Assembly (NCBI RefSeq): GCF_028641065.1
Contig: NC_073388.1
Location: 36,518,001-36,582,000, forward strand
Direction of reading: 5' to 3'
From: Leucoraja erinacea
Lineage: Eukaryota
DNA: 64,000 bases
Part shown: in pieces, positions 1 through 12,484 of the stretch
Layout of the letters: every line of letters begins with the position of its first letter
Numbering within the stretch: position 1 is the first letter of the stretch
Program-made: the position numbers and the translations under genes
Notes under the pieces: generated by a model
Told to the model about the DNA's origin: nothing
The model's input: the letters and a program-made list of their open reading frames with translations, nothing else
The model's database searches: none

Positions 1-743
1 AAGTTGCCAGCAGTTGCCTGAAAAACCAGCAACTGGAANNNNNNNNNNNNNNNNNNNNNNNNNNNNNNNNNNNNNNNNNNNNNNNNNNNNNNNNNNNNNN
101 NNNNNNNNNNNNNNNNNNNNNNNNNNNNNNNNNNNNNNNNNNNNNNNNNNNNNNNNNNNNNNNNNNNNNNNNNNNGGCGGGGGACAGGGCAAGCGGGGGG
201 GAGCGCTGTCTGAGTGAAGTTCACACATTGCAAAGCCAATGTGGTACACACGTGATGAACAGGAAGGTTAGCGATGTAATTAAGAAGCTAAAAAACAGTA
301 CGTTCTTTAAAAGGAGGGAGAAGGAATAAAGACAACTTCTAAGAAGCCAGAGACGCGGCTATGAAGCTCGGCAGACATTAACATTACCGATTGGTTGTCC
401 TTGTTTCTGAAAACTACTGCATACTTTTTTTTCCCAATGAGCCAATGAAATTTACCAGTCAGCACCAGCTACAACCTACACGAACCTAAGAGAATCTTTG
501 ACCTCCTGGCAACCCACTAGGACCTCCTGGCGACCCACCTACGGCATGAGAATTCTCGTTACCCTCCATGGCGGCTTCATTCTAGTCGCCACTAATTTTT
601 CAACATGTTAAAAAAATTGCGGCGACCATAATGAGCCTACGACTAGTTCCCAGAATGCGGGAACTGCTCACAACCATGAAGGCGCCACCCCGCGAACATG
701 TGGCGATTGCAATCTCCTATAGTCGCCTAAGTGGGACGGCCCC
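1..743. mobile_element. Harbinger-type MITE family member (right end visible, spans assembly gap 39-175)
   Basis: Ends in aagtgggacggccca followed by tta. Internal sequence resembles the MITEs at 9158 and 28651. Confidence 0.6.
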
Positions 744-977
744 ATTACTCGCAGCTCTTCAAGTCCATTTTAGCCTATTATGACATATTAGAAAACGCAT
801 AAAAACATACTGGGAACCAGATTTGTGAAATTAATTAATCTCAAAGAATAGCTGACATGTGAAATGAAAAGTCCAGAGTGTTTATTTGTCATATGCATGG
901 GATATGAACTAGAACAATTAAATTCTTACATATTCGCAGGCACATTAGATGCAACAACAACAATAAATAAGTTGTGT

Positions 978-2835
978 TCAAGAAGGAACTGCAGATGCTG
1001 GAGAATCAAAGGTAGACAAAAATTGCTCGAGAAAATCAGTGGGTGTGGCAGCATCTATGGAGCGAAGGAAATGGGCAACATTTCGGGCCAAAATCCTTGT
1101 TCGGGGGGGGGGGGGGGGGGGATTAGAAGAAAGGAAGAGGAGGAGCCAGAGGGCTGAGGGAGGGCTGAGATGGGGAGGATGCAGCAAGGGTTACTGGAGA
1201 AGTCAATGTTCAGGCCACCGGGATGCAGACTGCCCAAGCGGAATATAAGGTGCTGCTCCAGTTTCCGGTGGTGCTCATTCTGGCATTGGAGGAGGCCCAG
1301 GACAGAGAGGTCGGATTCAGAATGGTGAGTTGAACTGCTGAGCCACAGGGAGATCAGGTTGGTTAATGCGGACCGAGTGGAGGTGTTCCCGAAACGATCG
1401 ACATCTAGAGCAGCGGGTGTAATAGATGAGGTTGGAGGAGATGCAGGTAAACCTGTCGCACCTGGTATGATTGCTTAGGTCCTTGAATGGAGTCGAGGGG
1501 GGAGGTAAAGCGACACGTGTAGCATCTCTTGCGGTTGCAAGGAAAGTGCCCGGGGAGGGAGTGGTACGGGTGGGAAGGGAGGAATTGACCAGGGAGTTAC
1601 GAAGGGATCCGGTAGGCGGCGCGACTCACGTCAGCAGCGGCCTCTGCAGCCCGTCCGCGTTTTTATTATTTTTGTCTATGTTTTTATGTAGTTTTTGTTA
1701 TTTTTTGTTGGGGGGTGTGTGTGTGTGGGGGGGGTGGGAGGGAGGGGGTAACTTTTAAATCTCTCCCTGCACGGTTGGGGCTGCAATATGGAGCGGCCTC
1801 CAACAGGAGAAGACCGGGGACTCTGGTGCCGACTCACCTCACCGTCGCGGAGCTGGCCGAGTCCGGAGCGGGTGGAGCGGTGGTGGAGCGCTGCTGCTGC
1901 TGCTGCTGCGGCCCGACCTCCGGAGATTCGGAGGCTGCAACTGCGGGTCTGGCGGACGGCGGTACTGGGAGCCCGCAGGTCCCTGGAGGGAGACCGCTTT
2001 TCAGGGCTCCTGCAACGGCGACTTCTCCCGCCCGAGTTGCAGGGTCGAAGAGCTCCTGGAGCAGGGCCTGACATCACCGCCCCGCGCAGCTTGGAATGGC
2101 CGCGGGACTCTGTGAGCGCACGCCGGGGTCTCTAACACCAAGACCCGGTGTGCGACCTCGCACCACCCAGCGTGGCTTTAATGGCCGTTGGACAATCGCC
2201 ATCGCCAGCCGGGGGCTTTGACTTTGACTCTGACATGGGGGGGGGGGAGTGCAGGGGAGAGATAAGTTTTTTGGGCCTTCCATCACAGCGATGTGATGGA
2301 TGTTTATGTAAATTATGTTGTGTCTTGGGTCTATTTGTTTGTAATGTATGTCTGCAGAAACGGCATTTCGTTTGGACCTCAAGGGGTCCAAATGACAATT
2401 AAATTGAATTAAATAGAATTAAATTGTCTTTGTGGAAAGCAGACAGGTTGAGATGGGAAGATGTGGTGAGTGGTGGGGTCATGTTGGAGGTGGCAAAAAT
2501 GACGGAGGACTATCTGTTGTATGTGACGGCTAGTGGGGTGAAAGGTGAGGACTAGGGAGACTCTGCCCTTGTTCTGAGTTGGGGGATGGGGAGAGAGCAG
2601 TGTTCCGGAGTATTGAAGAGACCCTGGTTAGAGACTCATCTAGGGTAGGGGAGGGGAACCCCCGTTCCCTGAGGAATGAGGACATTTCCGATGCCCTGGT
2701 GTGGAACACCTCATGCTGGGACCAGATGCGGCGTAGACGGAGGAATTGGGAGTAGGGGATGGAGTCCTTACAGGAAGCAGGGTGGGAAGAAATGTAGTCT
2801 AGATAGCCATGGGAGTCGGTGGGTTTATATTGGAT
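978..2835 (-). mobile_element. Penelope-like retroelement, 3' part (RT thumb + GIY-YIG region + pLTR-like repeat), interrupted at about 1612-2425
   Basis: Minus-strand translation gives YKPTDSHGYLDYISSHPASCKDSIPYSQFLRLRRI, DRFREHLHSVR and QHLIFRLGSLHPGGLNIDFS. Confidence 0.85.
1612..2425 (+). mobile_element. GC/CpG-rich non-autonomous retroposon with a Rex/Babar-type 3' stem-loop and tandem tail, nested in Penelope
   Basis: Interrupts the Penelope coding region. Ends catttcgtttggacctcaaggggtccaaatgacaattaaattgaatt. Contains an internal (CTG)n tract. Confidence 0.55.
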
Positions 2836-2999
2836 AAATAAGTTAATATTTATTAACCGTTATAAATAAGTTAATATAATAAATAATTTATCTGTTATTT
2901 ATAGTAAACTATACCATGATTATGCAAAACCAAAGTACATGGAGCAGCCATTGTCATACAAACTCCGTAGTGATTCGGTGCTAAGGTACGGTTATAGTT

Positions 3000-3610
3000 A
3001 GAGTTGTGTAGGATAGATGAAGAACGTGATGGTTGTTGAGAAGAAACTGTCCTTGAGCCTGGAAGCCCAGTTCTCAGCCATCAACACTTTCATCCTAATA
3101 TTAGCAATGAGATGAAATTGGACTAGGATGGTGTGCGTCTTTGATAATGGCCATCGTCTCGAGGTACCACTTCCTGTAGATCCCTTCAACGGTGGAGAGA
3201 TCAATATCTGTGATGGATTGGATAATGGCCACTGTGTTCTGCAGCCTCCTCGTGAGCGTTTGAATTTTTCTGAACCAGGCAGTGATGGAACTGATCAGTA
3301 TGCTCTGCTCCATACAAATGAAGAAACTCAATAGAGTATTCATTGACATGCTGTATCCCCTCTGAGAAAGTAAAACCTTTTCTGAGGTGTCTTTGTGATT
3401 GCATCAAGTTGCTGGGCCCAGTGCACATCATGAGAGACATGCAAGCCCAGAAACTTAAAGCTGTTGACTCTCTCCAACACAGTTGCCAATGAAGATGGTC
3501 CATCTGCTTTCCATTCCTGAAGTCAATCATCTCTTGATCTTGCTAACATTGAGAGGAAGATAGTTGTTCAGCCACCACTCACCTAGATCTCCCTCTTGTT
3601 TTCTCATTCA
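3000..3610 (-). mobile_element. Degraded Rex/Babar (L2-like) LINE 3' fragment
   Basis: Minus-strand remnants: ...SILISSITAWF..., IIKDAHHP, and FKFLG-like sequence. Confidence 0.6.
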
Positions 3611-3870
3611 CCATTACATGTTCACACCAGTATAATCAAAGGATTGTATTTTGAGATTACAGGTGACGCAAATTGTTTGGATAGTTAGTGGAAGTTAAAG
3701 GAACGTGGCAGTATCATACATCATTTATGATATTTTGCACTAAAACAAGCAATTATTTCATTTCTCTCATTATTCTTAAATTCCTATTTTTAAATCATCT
3801 TCCCCCAGAATAATTTCACATACATGGTAAATGGTAACTTTTCAGACAGTGTGCAGCAGGATTGAACAAG

Positions 3871-3955
3871 GGTTTCGGCCCGAAACGTTACCCATTTACT
3901 TCGCTCCATAGATGCTGCTGCACCAGCTGAATTTCGCCAGCATTTTTGTGTACCT
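3871..3955 (+). mobile_element. Short Penelope pLTR-derived insertion with 13-bp TSD
   Basis: Flanked by aggattgaacaag at 3858-3870 and 3956-3968. Begins inside the hammerhead stem II (ggtttcggcccgaaacgtt). Confidence 0.75.
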
Positions 3956-4489
3956 AGGATTGAACAAGTGTTGGTGTCAAGGTGACAATATATTATTGTG
4001 TCATACAACTTAGAAAAAGATCCTTCAGCCCACCATATCTATACTGACATACGTTAGAAAAACACAGCAAGTCGGGCAGTATCTGTGGAAAGAGAAACAG
4101 TAAGTCTAGGTTAGAAAGAAGGTAGAGGAATGGATGGAATAAAGGAAATGTTGCTGATGGTATAGGAAGATGTAAAGAAGAACTTAATTATACATTATAA
4201 CGATAGAACACAAGCCTGCAGCAGTGGTAGAAACATAGAAAATGAATTATTACAAAAAGAAATGGGATGGATGTTGGATGAAAATAAACTACAGGGATAA
4301 AGTAGAAGAAAAAGACTGGATTACTGCATGGAGACTTGACATGAATCAGCTCAACTGGTTGGTGGGTACCTCAGCTGGAATGACTCAAAGATGAAGCCTT
4401 ATTGGGGGTTGTGAAATTCAGCTGGTCACTCCATTTTTGTGCAAGGTCAAATATATTTTTCACCTTTAACCTATCTATATCTTTTTCAG

Positions 4490-4640
4490 CGTATAATCAC
4501 CAGGCAACTGAAACACACTGATGGGTTTAACCTCAACAAGGGAGTAATTGTGAAGGTCCGGACACTTGTAAAAGAACATTGTGATGGATCTGAGCTGAAA
4601 AGTGACTGGATGGAGATGACGTACTGGCCACTCATAGAAG
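4490..4640 (+). CDS. il13ra2: il13ra2-like exon, second half of N-terminal D1 domain (first coding exon visible in the window)
   Basis: ctttttcag|...|gtaaac, 151 bp, phase 0 to 1. Encodes RIITRQLKHTDGFNLNKGVIVKVRTLVKEHCDGSELKSDWMEMTYWPLIE, resembling the IL13RA2 D1 segment IIT..L...DGFDLNKG as I recall it. Confidence 0.9.
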
Positions 4641-4680
4641 GTAAACTTCTCTTATCATGGAAAATCCTGATTCAAAAAGA

Positions 4681-4714
4681 AGTCTGAAGAAGGGTTTTGG
4701 CCCGAAATGTTGCC
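4681..4714 (+). ncRNA. Minimal hammerhead ribozyme motif in a Penelope pLTR fragment (4681-4779)
   Basis: agt-CTGAAGA-A-GGGTTTTGGCCC-GAAA-TGTT-gcc: both core boxes and stem II are present. Confidence 0.6.
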
Positions 4715-5241
4715 TATTTCCTTTGCTCCATAGATGCTGCTGCACCCGCTGAGTTTCTCCAGCTTTTTTGTGTACCTTCAGTACTTAACTAACTGGTTTG
4801 CAAATTGATGATGGTAATTAATTTGCTGGTCATACATTGTAACATATACATGAATAATACAAAATCATAAATTTTCAATCCTTTTCCCCCCCACTTTTAA
4901 TGAGCACAACATCTACACAAGTACCTTAACTACATAACTGGGTGGCAGTAAAGTGGCTGTTAATTGTACTAATCCAGGCGTGAATTCATTGGCAAGGTGT
5001 GATTACTGCTAACCAGGCTTCGCTGCCTGGGTTTCAGTGCTCACACACAATGGGTAGTTATGTAGGTGCTGGACAGTACTCACACTTATTCACTCGCCTT
5101 CTCATTACACGCTCACTCAATCACTTGCTTGTTCACTCACCTGCTCAGTCAGTCACTCACTCACTCTTGCGTTTGCTGCTCCTGCTTCTGGCTACATTCA
5201 GGTTTCCAGCTCTGGTGTTGCTGGCTGCACGTGGAGTCAAA

Positions 5242-5716
5242 AGGGCCTTGGGTGTCATTTGCGCATCAGGCAGGTGGCGCGCAAAGATTTTGTGAATCCC
5301 CAAATCCTGGGACGCCACGCGTGACCGGGCGTCAATGCCTAGGCCACCACATCCCGCCACGTGCCATGAGCACGCAAGGCACGGCATGCGTACATCACGT
5401 GCGCATCACAATGCACGTGACACGTAAATGTTGCGTCGTGCGTCATGACGCGTAAATGATGTTGCGTAAATGACACCCAAATAACATCCAAGTGGGACAG
5501 GCCCTTAAAGAGTGTGTCCCACTTGGGCGTCATTTGCAAATCACGCAAGTGGTGCGCGAGGATTTTGAGAATCCCAAAGTCCTGGGGTGCCGTGCGCTAC
5601 CGCCGTCACTGCCTATGCCACCACGTTTCGCCATGCGCGCGTAATGCATGCGCGTCGTGATGCGTAATGGTCGCGTAAATGAGGCAAAAATATCGCCCAC
5701 GTGGGACAGGCCCTTA
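5242..5716. mobile_element. Tandem dimer of Harbinger-type MITEs
   Basis: Two related units, each ending gtgggacaggccct-taa (about 5504 and 5714), joined at a TAA. The left TIR of the first unit is partly deleted. Confidence 0.7.
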
Positions 5717-6055
5717 ACTCGTGGTCTTTAGCTCCTGCCGCAAGGCCAATCTCAATCCTAATCCCAGCTCCATCTGAATGCATGGCCTACCGTGATCCAC
5801 TATCAAACTATCCCTCCTGCACCTCACTGCTCTGGTAATAAAGGCTCACAGAGACCCTGGAGATCATGGAACATATTGAATCACGGAGACCAACAGCACA
5901 AAAGGAAGCCCCTTGGCGCATTTTAACGCAGACCAACAAGCAGTGATAGAATCATACAACTCAAAAACAGTTATTTTGGCCCAGCTCATCCATGCTGACC
6001 AAGCTACCTCATCTATGCTAGTCCCATCTGCCCATGTGTAACCCATATCCCTCTA

Positions 6056-6640
6056 GTTGAGTATACAAGCAAGGAGGTCCTACTGCATTGTACAGGGCCC
6101 TTGTGAGACCACACCTGGAGTATTGTGTGCAGTTTTTGGTCTCCTAATTTGAGGAAGGACATTCTTGTTATTGAGGGAGTGCACCAGGTTAATTTCCAGG
6201 ATGGCGGGCCTGCATATGATGAAATAATGGATTGACTGGGCTTGTATTCACTGGAATTTAGAAGGATGAGAGGGCATCTTATAGAAACTTATAAAATCCT
6301 TAAGGGATTGGACAGGCTAGTTACAGGAAAAATGTTCCCGATATTGGGGAAGTTCAGAACCGGGTGTCACAGTTTAAGAATAAGGGGTAGGTCATTTTGG
6401 ACTGAGATAAGAAAAAACATTTTCACCCAGAAAGTTGTGAATCTGTGGAAGGCGGATTCCACAGAAGGCAGTGGAGGCCAATTCACCGGATGTTTTCAAG
6501 AGAGAGTTAGATTTAGCGGTTAGGGCTAGCAGAATCAAGGGATATCGGGAAAAAGCAGGAACCGGGTACTGATTTTGGATGATCAGCCAAGATCATATTG
6601 AGTGGTGGTGCTAGCTTGAAGGGCAAGGGCATACTCCTGC
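6056..6640 (+). mobile_element. CR1 (HER1-like) LINE 3' fragment
   Basis: LYRALVRPHLEYCVQF and YSLEFRRMRG.LIETYKI motifs, plus the typical 3' UTR. Confidence 0.9.
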
Positions 6641-6669
6641 ACTTATTTTCTTTGTTTCTCTACCTTATG

Positions 6670-7232
6670 AATCCATTTAGCTGTCCATATATATGTTTTA
6701 AATGTTGTTATTATACCTGCCACATATACCTCCTCTGGCAGTTCATTCCATACAGCCACCAGACCTTGTGAAAATGAAATGCCCCTTGGGTTCCTATTAA
6801 TTCCTTCCCCTCTCATTTTAAACCAATGCCCTTTAGTTCTTGATTCCCCTAATCCGGGGAAAAGATTGTGTGTATTCACCCTATCCATTCCACGCAATTT
6901 TATATTTTAGCTATAAGATCATCCCTCAGCCATCTGCATGCCAAGGAATAAAGTTCTATCCTGCCCAACTTCCTATACCTCAAGCCCTCAAGTCCTAGTA
7001 ACGTCCTCCTAAATCTTTTCTGCACCCTTTCCATCTCCATGGCATCCTTCCTGTGGCAGGGAGACTAAAACTGAATACAATACTCCAAGTGCAGCTTTAC
7101 CAACCTCTTGTCCAACAGTAGCAATGTCCCTACTTCTATACTCTGTTCCCTGAGTCATGAAGCATGCCAAAAGCCTTCTTTACCACCCTACTTACTTGTG
7201 ATGCCACTTACAGGGAAGTATATACTTGTACT
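6670..7232 (-). mobile_element. CR1 LINE fragment
   Basis: ORF 6643-6897 (MRGMDRVN..LFP..GESRTKGH) is a CR1 C-terminus. Confidence 0.85.
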
Positions 7233-8031
7233 GCTAATTCCACAAAGAAACCCAACATTTCTATTGATTTACTGAATTTCAAACCTATGACCACCAAATT
7301 GCAGAAGGGATATTTGGGAAGGGATATGAGAACCTTGAGCCAATGTATCTGGGAGCAGACATAAACCCTACGTAAAGATGAATAATCACACCACCCTACA
7401 AAGTGAGCACCCGCCTGCTCGTTCAGGTAGCTCTTGCCCTATCTATGGAAGAGTCTAGTTACCATGCAATTACTCACCCACAAAATCAAAGTAAAAGCAA
7501 TACTCTCCTTGATTCCAGGAGACTTCTGAAAAAGAGGAAGAACACAACTATTTAATTTGGAGACTCTTTCTCTCCTATTCAGAGACAAAGCAGTTTGGAA
7601 ACATTTTAAATAGCCTAGAGTACGAAGCTTTCTCTCTCTCTCTCTCAACACCCCATAAATCTCCCCTGACAGTGTGTATCAAACCAGAAATTCGTCATGT
7701 AAAAGGAGAGGGGCTTCAGGCCATGCAAACGTCACTACCAGCAGGCACACCATATTAATCAAAGCACATATTTTACAAAAGCTACTGGAGGAACTCAGTG
7801 GGTCAGCTACCATCACTGGAAGAAAATAGAGAGATTACATTGTGGGTTGCAACCTTACTTCAAGACTAATTTATGTTTCTCAATATCTGCTAACTAGTCT
7901 CAATTAATTCATTTGATGATTGTTTTTTAGGACAATTGCTTAAATTGCCCATGTACTTTGATTACAAAATTAAAAATTAAGCACAATCTGCTTTACAAAA
8001 GTTTGGTCAGTTAATATAATTAGGTGAAATC

Positions 8032-8115
8032 AATTAGTTAATATAAACAAAAGGATGATATTAATTAGTTAATATAAACAAAAGGATGATATTAATTAGT
8101 TAATATAAACAAAAG
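8032..8115. repeat. 31-bp tandem repeat, about 2.7 copies
   Basis: aattagttaatataaacaaaaggatgatatt at 8032 and 8063, with a partial copy at 8094. Confidence 0.9.
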
Positions 8116-8734
8116 TGTGATCAACAGGTAATTAAGGGAAATTTAGGGTATCTTGTTTGCTTAAGGATGCAAAATAACGAGAAGTAGTTGTATTCAAAAT
8201 GTTGTGTTAAGACGTTGTGTTGCTCATCTAATGTTGTGGCCATGCCTACATTTGTACATGAGTCATCAGCACTTTTTGTTTTTCTTTCATATGAATTTTC
8301 TGGCCATTAATCCCTATTTTTCAATGAAATACTGACAGTGAGTAATCTTGTCTGGGATAAAGAATAATCTAATTGTATAAGAGAATCGCTTTTTAATCTC
8401 TAAACTTGATTAAACTAGCAAAGCTTTCATTAAAAAAAAATGGCAATGAATGGAATTCCTAAAATAACATAATCTAACTTGGCACAGGTTCAGTGGTAGA
8501 AATGTCAGCAAAACGGCTAGGATATTTCTGCACAGACATGTCAGCAATATCATTGAAACAACATTATTTTGATTCTACATCATATATTAAATATCTGTGG
8601 AACAGTGACTGGAATTTGAGGATTAATTTTGGATGTTGACCAGAATTGACATGTGACAAGGTGACAATAAACACCAGACACTGAGATGTTTTAACAGCCA
8701 AATAAATCGTGCTGGCTGGCATAAGTGACTGTCA

Positions 8735-9912
8735 AAACTAAAAAAAAATGAAACGTAAAATGAAAACCTCTAAATAATATACTTTGCTTTTGCCATCACT
8801 CTGATATGTTAATCTTCGTCTCATCTGTTCACAAGACCTTTTTCCAGAACTATGGTTGTTCTTTTAAGTACTTTTTGGCAAACTGTAACCTGTCCATCCT
8901 ATTTTTCCGGCTAACCAGCAGTTTGCATCTTGCAGTGTAGCCTCTGTATTGCTGTTCATTAAGTCTTCTGCGTATAGTGGCCATTGACTCCTGAAGAGTG
9001 TTTCTGATCTGTTGGACACGTGTTTGGGTTTTCTTTATTATGGAGAGATTTCTTCTATCATCAGCTGTGGTGGTCTTCCTTGGCCTGCCAGTCCCTTTGC
9101 GATTAGTAAGCTCACCAGTGCTCTCTTAATGATGTTCCAAACAGTTGATTTTGATAATGGGCCTGTCCCACTTGCCGATTTCTTAGGCAACTGCCAGCGA
9201 CTGGCATAGTCGTAGCAGATCGCCGAAAAACCGGCGACAACTTACGTCATCCTGGCATAAACCTAAGGCAGCACCTACATCAGGAGAAGCTCATTGGTGT
9301 CAAATCCACTGTCGCTGAAATGTTTTCAACATGTTGAAAATTTAGTGGCACCCAGAAAGACGTTACGACTTTTTGCACGAATTAGGAGACTACTCCCGGC
9401 GACCACCGGCAAATATGTGGTGACAAACTAGTTGTCTGTAGTTGCCTAAAAATATTGCTTGTAGGACAGGCCCATAAGCCTGGCTGATGTCTCTAACAGT
9501 TTTATTCTTGTTTCTCAGTCTCATAATGGTTTCTTTGACTTTAATTGGCACAACGTTGGTTCTCATGTTAATAGTAGCAATATAAGTTTCCAAAGGTGAT
9601 GGAAAGACTGGAGGAAAAACTAGGCACTGAGAGCTCTCTTATACCTGCATTAAGGTGGCAATTAAACACACATGAACAATTACAAGCACCAATGAAGCCA
9701 TGTGTCGCAAACATTATGGTGTCCTGAAATGGCGGACTATGTATAAACGCAGCTGTAATTTCCACACCAAATATATAAAAATGGCCTTTATTAAATTCTG
9801 ACTGTGCACTTTAACCACATGTGTTTTTTTCTATTACAAATCTTAAAATGTGGAGTACAGAGGCAAATAAATAAATGATGGGCCTTTGTCACAAACATTA
9901 TGGAGGGCACTC
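8735..9912 (-). mobile_element. Tc1/mariner DNA transposon with a disrupted, truncated transposase
   Basis: Minus strand: ...IMRLRNKNKTVRDISQ...STVWNII...GRPRKTT...RLQFAKKY...TDETKIN. TIR-like end (aacattatggagggcact) near 9894-9911. Confidence 0.85.
9158..9474. mobile_element. Harbinger-type MITE nested in Tc1
   Basis: TIRs tgggcctgtccc / ggacaggccca, with a 3-bp TAA TSD at 9155-9157 and 9475-9477. Confidence 0.85.
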
Positions 9913-10106
9913 TAACTGTCAGAAAACTTTGGTAGTTCATTGCTGGAATCCATGAGGAATCTAAATGTTGAAACACAGTCGTCATTAAGCACGTCTCGGG
10001 TAGTTGGAGACATCCATGTTGTTTGCAAGTGTATGTGCAGAGTTCTGAATTTCCTGACAATTATGGAGACCAGTGCTGGTTGTTCCCAGCAGAACTGTTG
10101 CAATTT

Positions 10107-10325
10107 AGACACAACAAGCTGGGGTAACTCAGCGGGACAGGCAGCATCTCTGTAGAGAAGGAATGGGTGATGTTTCGGGTCGAGACCCTTCTTCAGACCT
10201 TCAGGTTCAGATCCGAAACGTCACCCATTCCTTCTCTCTAGAGATGCTGCCTGTCCCGCTGAGTTACTCCAGCTTTTTGTGTCTATCTTCGGTTTAAACC
10301 AGCATCTGCAGTTCCTTCTTACACA
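10107..10325. mobile_element. Inverted-repeat (hairpin) element built from two Penelope pLTR arms
   Basis: 10108-10180 is the reverse complement of about 10211-10284. Confidence 0.8.
10166..10199 (-). ncRNA. Minimal hammerhead ribozyme motif
   Basis: Minus strand GGU-CUGAAGA-A-GGGUC UC GACCC-GAAA-CAUC-ACC: core boxes, perfect stem II and a 3-bp helix I. Confidence 0.65.
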
Positions 10326-10335
10326 CTGTTGCTAT

Positions 10336-11222
10336 TTAGTTTAGTTTAGAGGTACGGCATGGAAACAGACCCTTCAGCCCACTGGCTCTGCACCGACCAG
10401 TAATCTCTGCACATACCAGGGACAATTTATACACATACCAAGCCAATTAACCTAATCTACTAACTCAAACGTCTTTGGAGTGTAGGAGGAAACCATAGGT
10501 AGAAACATAGAAAATAGGTGCAGGAGGAGGCTATTTGGCCCTTCGAGCCAGCACAGACATTCATTGTGATCATGGCTGATCGTCCCCAATCAATAATCCG
10601 TGCCTACCTTCTCCCCATATCCCTTCACTCCACTAGCCCCTAGAGCTCTATCTAACTTTCTCTTAAACCCATCCAGTGATTTGGCCCCCACTGCCCTCTA
10701 TGGCAGGAAATGCCACAAATTCACAACTCCCTGGGTGAAAAAGTTTTTTCTCACCTCAGTCTTAAATGGCCTCCCCTTTATTCTAAGATTGTGGCCCCTG
10801 GTGCTGGACTCCCCCAACATTGGGAACATTTTTCCTGCATTTAGCTTGTCCAGTCCTTTTATAATTTGATACGTTTCTATAAGATACCCCCTCATCCTTC
10901 TAAACTCCAGTGAATACAAGCCTAGTCTTTTCAAGCGTTCCTCATATGACAGTCCCGCCATCCCAGGGAAAAATCTCGTGAACCTACGCTGCACTACCTC
11001 AATCACAAGGATGTCCATCCTCCAATTAGGAGACCAAAACTGTACCCAATACTCCAGATGTGGTCTTACCAGAGCCCTATACAACTGGAGAAAACCCACA
11101 CGGTCACAGGAAGAATGCACAAACTCCATATAGACAGCACCCGTAACCAGATGGAACCCGGGTGTCTAGCCCTGCAAGCAGTGTAAGGCAGCAACTCTAC
11201 TGCTGCAGCAATGTGCTGCCCT
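10336..11222 (-). mobile_element. HE1-like V-SINE interrupted by a CR1 (10500-11087, minus strand)
   Basis: V-core (rc of gtctttggagtgtaggaggaaacc) is split by a CR1 3' fragment (ORF 10698-11129) with an (agaaacat)n tail. Confidence 0.85.
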
Positions 11223-11364
11223 AGAAAAAAATCTTAAAACAATCTTTACCAATTTATCACTAATCTGCTTACCACCTCCTTGTGAAAAGAATGTTTTTAT
11301 CCCATTTTTGATGTCAACTCATTACACTCCAATTATAATTAATAATTTATTTTCTCTTTGAAAG

Positions 11365-11485
11365 GGCTTGCAGACTCCAAAATCAAGAACTTGCAATGCA
11401 TTGTTTACAACCTGGAATACATGGATTGCTTGTGGAAGAATGGAGCGAATGCTCCAAACGACACCGATTACAGACTCTATTATTG
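11365..11485 (+). CDS. il13ra2: il13ra2-like exon, D2 first half (first Cys pair, C-x-W motif)
   Basis: tttgaaag|...|gtatgt, 121 bp, phase 1 to 2. Encodes GLADSKIKNLQCIVYNLEYMDCLWKNGANAPNDTDYRLYYW. Confidence 0.93.
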
Positions 11486-12412
11486 GTATGTATGACAATG
11501 TTGATAGCATAACATAATAGCACATTTACATAATGTCGCACAAGTTGTCAAAGGCAACAATGCATAATTATTCCCATTATTAAATTACAATGTGAATTAC
11601 TATCCTTGCTGTTGACACATTAAGCAATCAATTGCCACGCATCGAAGGTAGACAAAAGTGCTGGAGAAACTCAGCGGGTGCAGCAGCATCTATGGAGCAA
11701 AGGAAATAGGCAACGTTTTGGGCCGAAACCTTTCTCAGATCTGTTGCTCCAACTATCTATTAAAGAGTTGGGAATTATAGGAACGTGTAAATCAGCTAAA
11801 GACTTCAGATAATGAGCTGGTGTTTTTAACAACCCACTATTACAGTACACAGAAGTCCACGATCAAAGTTTACAGTAGTTATTATACATCATTTAGTCTA
11901 ATACCCTACTCATAATGTTTCATTTATTTAAATGTTATCCTTTAAAATGCAGAGATGCTGCTTTGAAGAAGTGTGCCTATCTTTAAAAGGGGTATTACAA
12001 TATGGCACCACACAAAATATGACGGGGATAGGAGCTTTCTTCCTGCCTTACTTTTCTTTGTCAGGTATCATCCACGATAGTACACTATCATATATATTTT
12101 ATACCGAAGTCCACATTTGTCGTGCACAGTATTTTTTGTTTTAGTGGATGTTCTATTTGCCATTTAAAAAACGTTGCAGGGATACTACACTATTAATTTT
12201 CTGGTAAAATTGCTGATCAAAAATACGTCACCAAATGAAAATGTGGAAGCAGTCCACTATTCTATTAATCAGAATGTAAGTTACCACTTGAAACTTAAGT
12301 TGCCACGTGAAAAGTTTGATTTTTAGAAAATAAGGATGTTAATGAGTAGGATGCTGTTAAATATTATGTCTTGTATTTGATTGACCTGAACTGTCTTAAA
12401 AGTAATGAGCTT

Positions 12413-12484
12413 AAAAGAATGCATTTCGTTGTCTCTGTACTGTACACTGACAATGACAATTAAAATTGAATCTGAATCTGAATC
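12413..12484 (+). mobile_element. Very short Rex/Babar-type 3' tail insertion with TSD
   Basis: gcatttcgttgtc...gacaatgacaattaaa plus (gaatct)n, flanked by tgagctt at 12406-12412 and 12485-12491. Confidence 0.7.

Noticed and set aside
1676-2135. ORFs with poly-Ala or poly-Cys
   Set aside because: They come from a (CTG)n tract in a GC-rich repeat and are open in several frames on both strands.
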